A stretch of 64,000 bases of DNA, taken from NCBI RefSeq assembly GCF_006345805.1, contig NC_043022.1, positions 8,618,001-8,682,000 of the forward strand. The letters run 5' to 3'. Below are positions 12,471-26,630 of this stretch, piece by piece (position 1 is the first letter of the stretch; each line of letters opens with the position of its first letter). This stretch comes from Octopus sinensis. Taxonomy: Eukaryota. Below the pieces are notes generated by a model, which saw only the letters and a program-made list of their open reading frames with translations, did not search any database and was not told where the DNA came from. Both the position numbers and the translations under genes were made by a program.

Positions 12471-13857
12471 ATTTTATATTAAGTTAAATGTTTATTTTGT
12501 CACGTTTTATTTTTCCAGATTGTTTTCTTTTCAAATTAGTTATTTTACTAATATATTGAAGCAATCATTAATTATTTGAGTTATTTAATAAAGTAGCAAA
12601 TATTTAGTGTTTGCGTCTGAAGAAGATGGAAGCTGGTTGATTATGTATCTGATTACACATCAGGCATTTTAGTTGTGAAGTTGTGCAGATTAATATTCAT
12701 TTCTGTCTTAAGGAAAAATCTCTTTCTTTGTTGTTTATGCTATCATCATCGTTACCATTGTCAACATCACCATCATCATCATTTTAATGACAACTCTTTC
12801 ATTCAAGCATGGGTTGAACAAAGTTTCTTGAGGCAGATTTTTTTTCCTGTGGCCAAATGCCCTTCTTCATCTTGTTTCCAAGCAAGGTAATATATCACCC
12901 ATAGCTAGACATGTTTATTTTTTTCTTTTATTCTTTTACTTGTTTCATTCATTAGACTGTGGCCATGCTATGGCATAGCCTTGAAGAATTTTAGTCAAGC
13001 AAATCAACTGCAGTACTCATTTTTAAACCTGGTACTTATTCTATCAGTCTCTTTTTGCCAGACAGCTAAGTTATGGGAACATAAACACAGCAACACTGGT
13101 TGTCAAGTGGTGATGAGACACACACACACACGGCAGGCTTATTTCAGTTTTGTCTATTAAATCCATTCTCAAAGCTTTGGCTGACCCAAGGTGCTCTGCA
13201 GTGGGACTGAACCTGAAACCATGTGGTTGGGAAGCAAACTTCTTACCACACAGCCATGCCTGTGCAGACAATTGTTTGCAACAATCACACTATGTCAAGA
13301 CAAGGAGACAAAAACATGCATACACTTACACATATGATCTCTGGTACAACTTGAAATGAAGTGTCTTGCTCAAGAAAACATCACACTGCCCAGCCCAGGA
13401 ATTTAAAATGATCTTAATATCATGAGTGCAACATCCTAACTATTAGGTCATATGCCTTCACTGTGTGATTTAGAATGAAAAAAGAAAGTAAACTATATTA
13501 CCCCAAACTAAAATATTTTATAATATTTAATATTTGTCCATTTAAAGGGGATAAACTGGCATAATTTTTTAGCATACTGGGCTAAATACTTAGCTGTATT
13601 TCATCCATCTTTATGTTCTGAGTTCAAATCTGACTAACTGGTACTCTATCAGTTACATTGAAGAGAGTTCCAGTTGATCCAATCAGCAGAAAGCCTGCTC
13701 ATGGAATTAACGTGCAAGTTGATGAGGATTCCACAAACATGTATACCCTTAACATAGTTCTCAGGGAGACTCAGCATGACACAGAATGTGACAAGGCTGG
13801 CCATTCAAAATACCAGAACAACTCATTTTTATCAGTTGAGTGGACTGGAGCAATGTA

Positions 13858-15136
13858 CAAGGGATGTTCAATAAGTAATGCCCCTGACCCACTTGCTGTT
13901 GTTTGATCTAGCTGAAATTTTGTATGTGCAATTATGTATATCTCTATAGATTAAGTGGCGAATTACAGCTCTGAACTAACTGTGGTTTCAGATTTACAGG
14001 TGTTTGAACTGAGTCAAGTGTTAAATGGAGCCTGTTGAGAGTCGAGCAGTGATCCGGGTTTTGTATTTGAAAGGACGCACACCACGGGAGACTTTTGATG
14101 AAATGAAAGTAACTTATGGTGATGATGCCTCATCATATGACCTTGTAAAACGCTGGCATTGTGAATTCAAACATGGTCGGAACTCTGTGGAAACAGCTCC
14201 CAGATCTGGTTGCCCCACTTCTGCCATTGGTGAGGCATCTGTCCGTCAAGTTGAGGCTGCCATTTTGGAAGATCAACGCATAACTATTCGCCAAATAGCC
14301 CATGAGGTCAAGATTAGTACCGGGTCTGTGGAAACTATCATTCATGACCATTTGCATATGCAAAAGGTGTTTACCAGATGGATTCCCAGGTTGCTCACAC
14401 CTTTCCAGAAGCAAGAATTCGTCGAGTGCTCGAGGATGAATTTGGAGATGTGCCAAGAAGATGAGTCAAAATTTTTCAGAAGACTGATTACACAGGAGGA
14501 AACCTGGGTCCATCACGATGATCCAGAGACCAAAGCCCAGTCAATGCAGTGGAAGCACCGTGACTCACCCCTCCAAAGAAGGCAAGGGTGCAGCCCTCCG
14601 CTGGCAAGGTCATGCTCACAGTCTTCTGGGACCAGGACGGAGTAGTGATGAGAGATTTCCTGGCAAAGGATACCACAATTACAGGAGCCTATTATGCTTC
14701 ACTTTTGAGGAAATTAAGAGAAGCTATCAAAATCAAGAGGCGGGGCAAGATCAGCAAAGGCATCCTCCTCCTGCAGGACAACGCTCCGGTCCACAACTCG
14801 CGTGTCGCCAGATCAGAAGCTCAGGTGTGCAGCTATGAACTCCTCCCCCATCAGACCTTGCACACTCTGATTTTCACCTCTTCCCAGCCATGAAGTTGTT
14901 TTTGGAAGGAAAGCGTTTCCCAGATGATGCAGCCTTGATTTCTGAAGTCACATCGTGGTTGGAGGACCAAGCTGGGGTCTTCTACAAAAACGGTCTCCAG
15001 AGCTGCATCAAACGATGGGAGAAATGTGTAACTCTGGGTGGTTTCTATGTAGAAAAAGACTAATAACTGTGCGAAGTTTCGTTGCTCTACTGCTATGGGA
15101 AGTTGGTCAGGGGCATTACTTATTGAACGCCCCTCG
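13858..15136 (+). mobile_element. mariner (DD34D-type) transposon, full length 1279 bp, defective
   Basis: 32-bp TIRs with 3 mismatches (CAAGGGATGTTCAATAAGTAATGCCCCTGACC; right end 15105-15136). TA duplications at 13856-13857 and 15137-15138. Confidence 0.96.
14025..15063 (+). pseudogene. mariner transposase pseudogene
   Basis: MEPVESRAVIRVLYLKG start, PRSGCP, WIPRLL, ITQEETWVHH (first catalytic Asp reads Glu), LLQDNAPVH, and DLAHSDFHLF with the preceding YSP deleted. Ends YVEKD-stop. Frameshifts near 14550 and 14850. Confidence 0.93.
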
Positions 15137-15927
15137 TAAAATAAAGTGTCTTGATCAATGACACAATGCACCGCCGTGAATCAAACTCACAGCCTTATGA
15201 GTGTGAGCCAAATACCATAACCACTAAGCCAAGCACCTTTAACAGATCTGATGCCTTAATAACAGTTAATTCACTGTCTGTGACCAGCCCTTTATATTTT
15301 ACATATTACATTATCTAGTCTTTTATTATCCTTTTTCAAGACAGTTTAATGCAGTGAGTTGGCACAATTATTAGCACTTGGATATTTAGTAGCATTTCTT
15401 CTGGTTCCTTACATTCTGGGTTCAAATACTACCAAGGTTAACTATACCTTTCATCATTTTGGGGTCACTAAAAAGAAGCATCAGTTGAGCACCTTCCCCT
15501 AAATTGTCCAGGCTTGTGCCAAAATTTGAAGCAGTTATTTTTAAAACCATTAAAGTGTGATCTGAGAAGATTTTACTGCTGTTTCTAGCATTCTGATTGA
15601 CTACATAGATACTCCTTTGTTGTCTCATATTTCAATTTATTCAACCACCAGGTCAATATTACCAAACAGTTTTTTCTGTGTTTTTCTTTATATAACATGT
15701 CCAAGTTTTTATTAGTGATTGCCAAGTTTCAAATAGTGATGGGTAGATTTTGTGACTGTATTCATTAATATATTGTCAATTTTCTCTGTTGGTAATTCTA
15801 AATTTCTTTTTCTATTATATTTGTTAAACAAGAAAATTTTAATGGGACATGAATGTTTCTTCGTAATTTAGTCATGAAAATTTTGTACAGATATCTATCT
15901 GTCTGTCTATCTATATGCATGTATTTA

Positions 15928-15998
<71 letters not shown>

Positions 15999-16251
15999 AT
16001 ATTTATATATAGATTATATGTGTATTTATACATCTGTACATATATATGTATTATATTTTTTATACATATGTATGTGTATTTCTATATATCTATACATATA
16101 TGTATATATATATACACACACACACACACACATATATATATATGTATGTATATATAGTATCATATTTTTTCATACATGTATATGTATTTATATTTGTGTA
16201 TTTATATGTATAAGTATATATATACACACACATGTATATATAATGTACATA

Positions 16252-16301
<50 letters not shown>

Positions 16302-18944
16302 GATATAATAATATGCAAGAGTTGGCTTCATTAAATCTGCTCAGTATACATTCTGTCTCTTTCTGTTTGTATATATTAGTCAAACACAATTCATTTAGAC
16401 ATGTCTTTGTTTTGTGTCAGAAATATATAAATCAATGCATTACTTTATGCTAATTTAGCTTTCAGCTACTTGAAAATATTTTCACTCACTTCAAGAGATC
16501 TTGAATTAAATGAAATGACAGCCATAACACATTAATTTCTTGTCCCCTCTTTCAAAAACCGACTCTATATTTATTAGTCAACCCTACTGTACTCATCCCA
16601 TCAAAATTGGCAGTCATTTTAATCATATTCTGAAGATGACTTTTCCTTATATTTCTGACTTTTTCTTGCTTTCCTTTGAATTTGAAGATCAATCTCTGAG
16701 TATGGCAAAAAGTATCAAAGTTATAAGGAAAGGAATAAAGGAATTAAGCTCTTTTTTTTGTCTATTTGGTTTGCATGATTCTTGATTTGAACTTGTATGT
16801 TGAATCATATTTTGTATCTTGGGTGCAGGGTGGTCATTATGTCAATAACTAACATATGCACTGATTCTATTTCACTTCTTCATCATTTATTTGCCAGCTG
16901 GTTAATTATTTAACCAATTAACTTATTGATTGTTTGATTAATTATTCGGTCAATTAATCAATCAGTTAGGCTTGTCAAAATCCATTTGTCACCTCCTCTT
17001 TATTCCATGTCCACTTCAGGTCTGTCATAATTATTTTCGTGATAATCCTTTTCAATGAAGATCACCATTGTTACAGAATTGTTGGTTACATAACGATATG
17101 TTCATTTAGCTTTTACTTGTTCTCTTTGTTTCTTTATTTGACACCTACTCACACAACAATTAATTCAGCTTGGAAGAATTGTTAAAACAGCAGAAGAAAA
17201 ATCCTTACATTAATTAATTAAATCTTTACATATTCTCATATTAAATCACATGGATTTCAATTTTGCATCTCATCCTTCTAGAAGTTGATAAAAATATGAC
17301 ACCAGTCATGTATTGGGTTTCACTTATATTCCTATAAGATATCTTAGGTGTGAATGGAATTATAACAGGTGCACGCATGACTGTGTGATAAGACATTTGC
17401 TTCCCAACAACATGATTTCAGGTTCAGTCCCATTGCATAGCACCTTGGGCAAGTCACTTCCACTGTACTCTTTGATCAACCAAAACCTTGTGAGTAGATT
17501 GGCAGATAGAAACTGACGAAAGCTTATTGTGTATGTATACACGCACACACACACACATCCACACATATATATGTGCATGTATTTGTGCCTGTCCTCCATT
17601 GCTTGACAACCAATGTTGGCTTGTTTACATCTCTGTAACTAAGCAGTTCAGCAAAAGAGGGTGGTAGATTAAGTAACACACTTTTAAAAAAGTAAGTACT
17701 GGAGGCAGTTTGTTCAACTAAAACCCTTGAAGACTGTGCTTCAGCATGGCTGCAGTCCAGTGCCTGAGTGAAATAAATTGCAAAATATAAAGGTAACAGA
17801 AGATAGACTAAGGCTTAAGATTGATGCCTAATACTTCAGATTAGTCATCACTGATAACTTATTTAATTGTAGACTGTATAATCACAGATTTCATCAAGAA
17901 ACGTAATGGCATGGTCAGTCTGAAGAATAATGTTTAATTTGCCAAGAAAGTTTATGGTTTTATATTAAATAAAAGCAAGTTGTAAAAATTACGTAATTCA
18001 TTATGTTAATTTGATTTCAGCTATTTTTGAAATAATTACATTTATTTATTAGACAATTTATAAGCACCAATTTGAGTGAGAAAAGAGAAACAGATGTAAT
18101 ACAAGCTACACATATTTAACACTTGTCAAGTGGTGGCAGCTTTACTAATTACACTAGAAAATAGCTGACAATTTAAGTATTTAACCATCTGAGACTACCC
18201 CTAGTTTTGTAATATAAACTACCTGTTTTAAAATGATCTGAGAAACCTCCCATCATAATTTATTATTAATTTGTGTTCCAAACACCAGTTTAATAATCCT
18301 TTGTGCTATAAGCACAAAGCCTGAAATGTTGGGAGAGGAAGTAGATTGATTACATAAACCCCAGTACGTCACTGATACTTATTTTATCAACCCTAAAAGG
18401 ATGAAAAGTGAAGTCAACCTTGGCAGAATTTGATCTCAGAATGTGAAGGCAGACAGAATGCCACCAAACATTTTGACTGGTGTCCTAACAGTTTTGCCAG
18501 CTCACTGCTGAGTAGAACTTCTTTTCTTTCATCTCTTTTTTACTTGTTTCGGTCTGTGGACTGCAGCCGTGCTGAGGCACTGCCTTGAAAGGTTTCCATC
18601 AAACAAATCTATCCCAGTACTTATTTTTCGTTTTCAGGTCTGGTACTTATTCTATTGATCTCTTTTGCCAATCTGCTAAGTTACAGGGACAGAAACAAAC
18701 CAACATTGGTTGTCAAGGGTGTGAGCTAACACAGATACAAAGACACAGACATATACATGTGTGTGTGTAATATATATATATGGCATGAGGAAGAGCCTGG
18801 TGTTAGGAAGAGCATCAAGCCATAGAAATCAAGCCTAAACATATGACTGTAGCTTGGTGAAACTCTCTGGCTTACCTGCACAGGTAAAACCATCAAACCT
18901 ATGCCAGCATGGAAAACAGATGTTAAATGATATATATACATGTT

Positions 18945-19254
18945 TGTTTTTTGTTTGTTCCTTCTCGAGCCATGCCTGGCTCATAAGGGCTGGTTTCCCA
19001 GTTTCCTTGGCATATAGGTTCCCCACCTGGACGGGACGCCAGTCTGTCACAGGTGAGCTGCATGATGCAGGAGGAAAGAGTGAGAGAAAGTTGTGGCAAA
19101 AGAGTCAGCAGAAGTTTGCTATTACCTTCTACCAGAGCTGCGTGGAGCTTAGGTGTTTCACTCATAAACAAACACATCGCCCTGTCTGAGATTCGAACCC
19201 GCGATTCCTCGACTGCGAGTCCGCTGCTTTAACCACTAGGCCATGTGCCTCCAC
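18945..19254 (-). mobile_element. Young tRNA-derived SINE family D
   Basis: Minus strand head GTGGAGGCACATGGCCTAGTGGTTAAAGC (A box) and GGTTCGAATC (B box), a central GACTGGCGTCCCGTCCAGG block, and an (AAAC)-type tail. Confidence 0.85.
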
Positions 19255-20403
19255 ACGATATATATACATGACAGGCTTTCACACCGTTTTTTTTCCCCCT
19301 ACTAAACCCATTCGCAAGATGTTGGTCATCCTAGGACTATAGTAGAAGACATCTAGCCTTGGTGCCATGTGGTGGGACTGAAACCAAAATAACTATCAGC
19401 AATTATAAAGTCTAAAAGTCTGTTATGTGATTCTAATTATTTGTGTAAAAATATATTCCTCAATTACTTTTTCCTTCCTTTTCTGTCTGAAGGATCAAGC
19501 TTTAATTAAAAAAACAATCCAATTAAAAATATTTCCTATCATTTTAATTTTGGAAAAAAAAAATTATGAAGAGAATTTATAGATTTTCAGCTTTGAAAAG
19601 ATTAAAAGACATCATTTGTTGAACTTGTTTATTCCACAATTTACAACTACAAACAATTAAAGACAAATTATTGCTACAAACTTTTAATGTGACTTTTTCA
19701 AGTTTAATTTTGGTAATATAATTTAAGAACAGTAGGAATGCTCATTCTATGGTGTTCCAACATTTCTTGATTTTAGTGTATTTCTACTGTTTTCTCAATC
19801 CCCTACATCTGTTGTTAGAATGAAAAAATCTATACAGCGGTTTATCTTGCTGTAATAATCAATTATGCTAGAGGGAAAATCATGATGGAAAATACATTAT
19901 CAGATTGGAGTCTGTGATGAATTTATCAAGTGAGAATCAAACTTTTATAGAAAGGCAATAAAAAAAAAATCTCTCTTCTAAGAAAACAAATCTTCCAAAT
20001 ATATTGAAACTTCATTTTCTTTTTCTTTTGTTAGTTTACCGTTTCTTTAGTTCTGTTTCACCTTTAAGTTTTCACAAGGATTTCAGCTTCTGATTAGAAA
20101 TTTAAGGGTTGAGAGTCAATGATTGGTTTTTACAATTTTTTAAAAAACTTTTTATTTCCATTTTTTTTTTTTTTTTTTAATTTTGATTTCTTTTTCTGCT
20201 TTTACCAATAAACATGTGAATGAAAAGCTAATGTAAATTACAATAAATTTGTAGTTAGCAAATCAGACGCAATACTCACTAAAAATACACAGACCACACA
20301 CATTGTATATCATAAGAGCCACATGATCTCTGCTTACAGAATGGATGAATATATGATCATTTTATTACTCTTTTAAGTCCCTTTTGTTTTTGATATTTCA
20401 TTT

Positions 20404-20785
20404 TTTGAGCCAACTATGGAGTTCTGACATAAGCCAACAAGGGAGTCTCAAAATGAGTCATTGAAGGTGCCTTGATATGAATCAGTGAAGAGACTTAAAA
20501 TGAATCAATGGGAAGACTCAGTCTGAGTTAACAAGGGACCCTCAGCATAAGCCAATGAAGGAGGCTCAAAATGATCCAATGAAGGAGAATTAACATGAGC
20601 CAACTCAACATGAGCAACTGAAGGAAACTCAACAAAAGCTAACATGAGTCAGTGAGGGAGCCTCAACCTGAATTAGTGTAGGAGCATCAATATGAGTCAA
20701 TGGGGGAACTCAGTTTGATTCAGCAAGGGATCCTCAATATGAGTCAATGAGGGAGCCTCAACATGAGCAACAAAGGAGACTCTAT
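20404..20785 (+). repeat. Degenerate 24-bp minisatellite, about 15 units
   Basis: Consensus (C/T)ATGAGTCAATGAGGGAGCCTCAA, with some 23-nt and partial units. Confidence 0.9.
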
Positions 20786-22819
20786 GTGATTAATTGATTA
20801 CTTAACCTAGAAATAGCAAACAGATCTCTTTCAAATCCCACCCTTCTATCTTTAAGAAAGGACCACCTTAGCTAGTGTAGATTTTTGGGTATAGAAACAG
20901 ACAACTGGAATGCATTTAATGATAGGTCTGCTTGAGCAGGACTAACCTGGGGTTAAACAACTACTTTATACAAAGAACATAATTTCCTGAATATGTTACT
21001 TTAATATTTTTATATACAAATTTCATATATTTTCCAAAGTAACATTGACGATGAAAACAGTTATAGAATGTTGTTCATTATTAATTGCAAAGTGACACAA
21101 CAGATATTTATTAAAGGAACATAATTACCATTGTATGTCTACATGAAAATATCTAATGGAAACAAGCTAATATGAAGGAGTCTATGTTGATGCTTGAAGT
21201 GCTAGAAATAGTAGCCAAATATTCTTCAAATTACATTCTACTGTCTTTAAAAAAGTGAAAGTCATTATCATCATCATCATTATCAATTGAACATTTTATG
21301 TCCTTAGATTTTCCTGCTCATTTAGGAGATAAGCTTTTCTGAATTTGCTTTCTATTACCACCTGTCTTTCTATCTATCCCTCTTTTCATTTCTTTCTTTC
21401 TTTCCTTCCACATTCTTTTTGTTCTTTTCTCTCTTTCTCTCCTATCTTTCTTTCTTTCCCTGTCTTGCATTCGCTCTCTCTTTCTCCTTATTTCTGACTC
21501 CCTCTCTCCTCCTCTCTGTCTGTCTGTCTCCAACCAGAAAAGGTTACTTTATTATTTTGGGAACTTGAACCCAGAATGCACATAGCAAGAATAGACATCA
21601 ACACTCAACAAATCCCTGCAGACCATTGGTCTGGATTGATCCTTTATTCATAGACCTTAAAAAGATTAAAATAAAGCTGATCTTGGCAGTGTTTCAAATA
21701 AGAATGCAGAAAAGCCATAACACTCACAAAGTATTATATTTGCTAGCATATAAGATGAACTTTTTATTTCAAAATATATCTAAAAATTACCTGGCATTTT
21801 ATGTGATTGTATTACAAATAGGAAACTAAGTGCCATAGACTAAGGGGTCTGATGGACATAAATCTGCTAGGTATAATAATTGTTATTAATGATAAGTAAT
21901 AATAATCAGTAATAAGTTCACTCTATAAAGTGGTTGGCATTAGGAAGGGCATCCAGGTGTAAAAGTTATACCAAAGCCAACAGTGGAGCTTAGTACAGTC
22001 TTCTGACTTGTCAGCTCCTGTCAAACTGTCCACCTCATGCCAGCATGGAAGACGGACATTAAATGATGATGATGAATAAAATATTGAAAACAGGTCAAAT
22101 TACCACAGGTTGTTAGCATAAATTAATGGCAAATTGCTTACAGTATGTTTGTAGTTTTGCTGGAAGATCACATCATCTCATTATACCTCTGTCCTTAGCA
22201 TACATAACCAGATTTGATGTGTGTGTGTGTGTTACATTTAATGATTCTGTTATTTTTAAGAAACATTTTAAAATTTTCTAATTGAAAAATTCCGCTAAAA
22301 TGATGGAAACCATAGCAGTGGTTTCACCATCCTAGTGGCCAATCATAGTTATCCAAAACAATGGATTTGGTAGACAGGTACTATATGGAAACCTATTACA
22401 TATGAGTGTGTGTGTGTGTGTTTGTTTGTGCTCGCGTTTGTCCCACCACCATCACCACCACCACTTAACAACTAGTGCTGGTTTGTTTACGTCCCCCTAT
22501 AACTCAGCAGTTCAGCAAATCAGGGTGCTAAAATAAGTACCAGGCTTTAAAATAATGTAGGGGTTGTTTTGTCCAACTAAACCCTTCAAGACGGTGCCCC
22601 AGCATGGCTGCAATCCAATGACTGAAAGAAGTAAAAGGTAAAAAGATATATGGATTATGATTTTAGCTTGTTTTGTTTTTTAATAAATTACTAAAATTTA
22701 CCATGTTTTCCTTAAAGTGAAATCAGTGTCAGTATTTCAAAATCAACAGTCATACTTTTATAATTTCTGGCATAAAGTGGAATTTTGTCGACAAAGCTAC
22801 CATAATATGGACGATGTCT

Positions 22820-22888
<69 letters not shown>

Positions 22889-23125
22889 ATGTTGTGAGTG
22901 TGACTTTAAATTGCATCTGGTTGTGGGGCTCTGGTTCAGGAGTTTCAGGTCATCCTTACAAGTCATCAGTTATCTGTAAGGATGACTAGATGTTCCTTGT
23001 TGCTCCAATGATGCACATGATTGGTGTTAGTGAGTATATAAGTATATACACACTGAGGCATTGTAGGTGAAATTTGTAAGAAATTTGTGTAATTTATTCC
23101 TTCCATTTAAGGAATTTGAATTTAA

Positions 23126-23346
23126 CCCTTTAGTGTTCACATTATTCTGCCAAAACTAATGCTTTTTTATCCACATTGTTTTGAACTAATCATGCATTAT
23201 CTTGTAGCTATGAGATTTTGATGAGGTAGCTGTTAATTTTTCAGATGATATTGTAGGGTTGTTGTGAGAGGCCAGATATGGCCAGTTTGAACATAAAACA
23301 AGCAGAATACTTTTGGCTGGATATGGCCGGTTTAAATGCTAAAGGG
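23126..23346. mobile_element. piggyBac-type MITE
   Basis: TIRs CCCTTTAG and CTAAAGGG. TTAA duplicated at 23122-23125 and 23347-23350. Confidence 0.85.
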
Positions 23347-23521
23347 TTAAATTTGTTTAATGTGACCCAGTTTAGTACTATCACCTGGCCTTTGAGTGCT
23401 CTTAGTTGGTCCTACTTTGTTGCAAGAATTTGAGCCAGACATCTTGTCTTAGGATTACATCATCTCTTCCTGTAGATCCTGGCAAGGTGCCTCCCACTAC
23501 ACTACATTTGTTTCTCTTCAG

Positions 23522-23611
23522 AATAAGGCATCAACAAAACAAAGACATAGGGAAATCAAACTGAGTTCAAAGCATCCAATGACCGAATGGATCATGGCGA
23601 TAAACAGGGTG
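23522..23611 (+). other. Candidate 90-nt exon (phase 0-0)
   Basis: Pyrimidine-rich acceptor TTTGTTTCTCTTCAG, open frame NKASTKQRHREIKLSSKHPMTEWIMAINRV, and a GTG|GTAAAA donor. No homology recognised. Confidence 0.22.
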
Positions 23612-24789
23612 GTAAAAAGGAAATGAAATAGGCCTACTAACCAAAAGAGAAGGCATAACAGTTGCTATAGGCACCTACTTGATAATTATAACAGTTTCTG
23701 AACTAAGCACAAGGTCATAAATCTTGGGGTTATATTGATCCTGCCAGTACTTAACTAGATTTTAGAAGAATGGTAAGCTGAAGTTGATCTTGATGGGGGT
23801 TTGAACACTGGAAGTTAAAAGCAGGAACAAATACCAATAGGCTTGTTGTCTGACATTTTTGAAAATCCTGTCAAAACTCTACATTGAGAGTGATGATGAC
23901 GATGATGATCATCATCAGTTCTTTTATCATAATAATGATATCCTTTCATAATGACGATGATGATGATGGGGTGGTGATAATGATGATAAGTTGCAAAGTG
24001 ATACACATAATAATTTCGGTAATTTACTTCTGTCTTCACTAATTCACATACCAAAATGATAGTTTGTGAATTCTGTTTTTGTTTTTTTGTTCTTATTTTT
24101 TTCTTGATAATGTCACTGAAGTTTTAGACGAATTTGTCTAAAAGTACATATTTAATATGAATAATACAAATCATGTATCAATCAATATATTTGAAAGTTT
24201 TAAATTATAAATGAGGTAAAAAGACAAAATTCTAAATTAACAAAACAAATTACTCATTATTCAATACAGTATAATAGGAATGGAAATGTTTGGAAGAAGA
24301 AAGACTGTTTTATTGAAAGTTTACCATATATTGTAACAAAAGTTTCAATCCTACAACTATTGTTTTCTGTGGAATTTCTAAGTAAATGTAAAATTACATT
24401 GAAATTACAAACATTTAAGAGCAGTTACTTATAGAGACTGCGAGTATGCATACATAATCATGGTTTACAATTAGACAGTAATGTGGTGAAGAGATAACGC
24501 TCGTAAACTATTGATATGTTTAGATTTTATGTTCAATTTTTGTTCATGTAGGCTTACATTTCTTTTTAATTAGAAATTAAAAAGATTCCAATTTAATCAA
24601 TTATTTTTCAATGAATATAAAATAAGAATAATAAATGATTCTTATTCCTACTAACTATTTTGACAGGAGGCAGTGAGAGTGTTCCTCTGTAGTAAATCTA
24701 ATGCTTTGTTCCTCTGGCACATTTTAGAGTAAATAATATATTGGCACACTTGGTGTATAAATTATATATACATACACATACACTCACAC

Positions 24790-25436
24790 ATTTATGTGGG
24801 TATATATATATATGTGTGTGTGTGTGTGTCTGTGTGTATGTGCATATGTATATGTATGGGTATATATACATGTCTGTATATGTGCATGTGCATATGTATG
24901 AATGTATGTATATATGTATATATATATGTGTGTATGTGTATATATATATGCATGTGTATGTGTGTATATATATATATATTATATATATATATATATAAAC
25001 ATATGTATGTATATATATGTATATGTATATATATGTATATGTATATATACACATATATATATGTATATATGTATATATGTATATATGTATATATACATAT
25101 ATATATGTATATATACATGTATATATGTATATATGTATATATACATATATATATATGTATATATACATATATATATGTATATATACATATATATGTATAT
25201 ACATATATATATATGTATATATACATGTATATATGTATATATGTATATATACATATATATATATATGTATATATATATATATGTATATGTATATATACAT
25301 ATATATGTATATACATACATATATATGTATATATATATATATACACGCATATATATATATATATGCATGTGTTTGTGTGTGTATATATACATATATACAT
25401 ACATATATATATAAATATATATATACACATACACAC

Positions 25437-25495
<59 letters not shown>
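24790..25495. repeat. ~700-bp compound (TA)/(TATG)/(TACA) microsatellite
   Basis: Direct inspection. It is the source of several spurious YI-rich ORFs. Confidence 0.97.
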
Positions 25496-25497
<2 letters not shown>

Positions 25498-26235
25498 ATG
25501 TATATGTGTTTATGTATGTGTATCTCTCTTGAAAAATGATCTTTACATATCAGTTTATAAATATATATAATTAACTAATTAATTCTTTATTCAATATGAA
25601 ACAGAGTTATCAAGACTTTATATTTTACTATTACTATCTGTATTTTCACTTTAAAAAAAAAAAATATATATATATATATTTTTATCACAATATGTCTACA
25701 AAAAAGAACTTTTCCTTGATGAAGACCCTAGCTTCTGACTCTTCAGCTATACACTTACATTGTTATATTGATAAAGTGTTTGCTACGGAGCTGCTTCTGT
25801 TACATAATTTAGATAATTTTCATAATTTTTGTTGAGCACCTTGCTACATGTTGCAACATACATGTGAGCCTTGACACACCAGTTCTACGTATTGTTTAAC
25901 TGCCAAGAAACAACATGAGCTTGAGAGTTCATTCTTATAGTAACTGTTAAGTTCTCCCTTTTTGAGTGGTAAGCCTTAACACACCACTCAGTTTAACATA
26001 ACTTACCTTATATTTTGATGCCTTTAGTGGTGTTCACTTTGTTGAAAGCACTTCTGACCAGTTTTCTTAATATATAGTCACACTTGCACTGCGTTTTGAA
26101 CAATGACAATTTGGCACAGCTGAATATATACAGTCAGCCTGTGGAGGCAAGCACACACACATACACACACACACACATATTTCATGCAGAAATATACACA
26201 TACAGTCAGAGAGAGATAGAGAAATATTACAATAC

Positions 26236-26630
26236 TCTTTTACTTGTTTCAGTCATGTGACTGTGGCCATGCTGGAGCACCACATTTAGTCAAGCAAATC
26301 GCCCCCAGGACTCATTCTTTGTAAGCCTAGTACTTATTCTATCGGTCTCTTTTGCCGAACCGCTAAGTGACGGGGACATAAACACACCAGCATCGGTTGT
26401 CAAACGATATTGGGGGGAGGGGGGGACAAGCACAACACACAAACATACACATATATATACATATATACGATGGGTTTCTTTCAGTTTCCATCTACCAAAT
26501 CCACTTACAAGGCTTTGGTCGGCCCGAGGCTATAGTAGAAGACACTTGCCCAAGGTGCTACACAGTGGGACTGAACCCGGAACCATGTGGTTCGTAAGCA
26601 AGCTACTTACCACACAGCCACTCCTACGCC
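26236..26630 (-). mobile_element. SINE family A, young full-length copy
   Basis: Highly similar to 10286-10702. Confidence 0.9.

Larger units (their letters stand above)
13640..15240 (-). mobile_element. tRNA-derived SINE split by the mariner insertion
   Basis: Joining the flanks 13640-13857 and 15139-15240 restores a SINE whose head aligns with the uninterrupted copy at ~41467-41797 (GACACTT..TTT(TA/CA)..T.CTC.AGT.CACTCA). Confidence 0.75.

Noticed and set aside
19180-19254. tRNA-like sequence with A and B boxes
   Set aside because: It has no complete cloverleaf and continues into a SINE body and tail, so it is a SINE head. The same holds for the family A, B and E heads.
20404-20785. CRISPR-like regular repeats
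   Set aside because: Units are contiguous with no unique spacers, there are no cas genes, and the context is eukaryotic.
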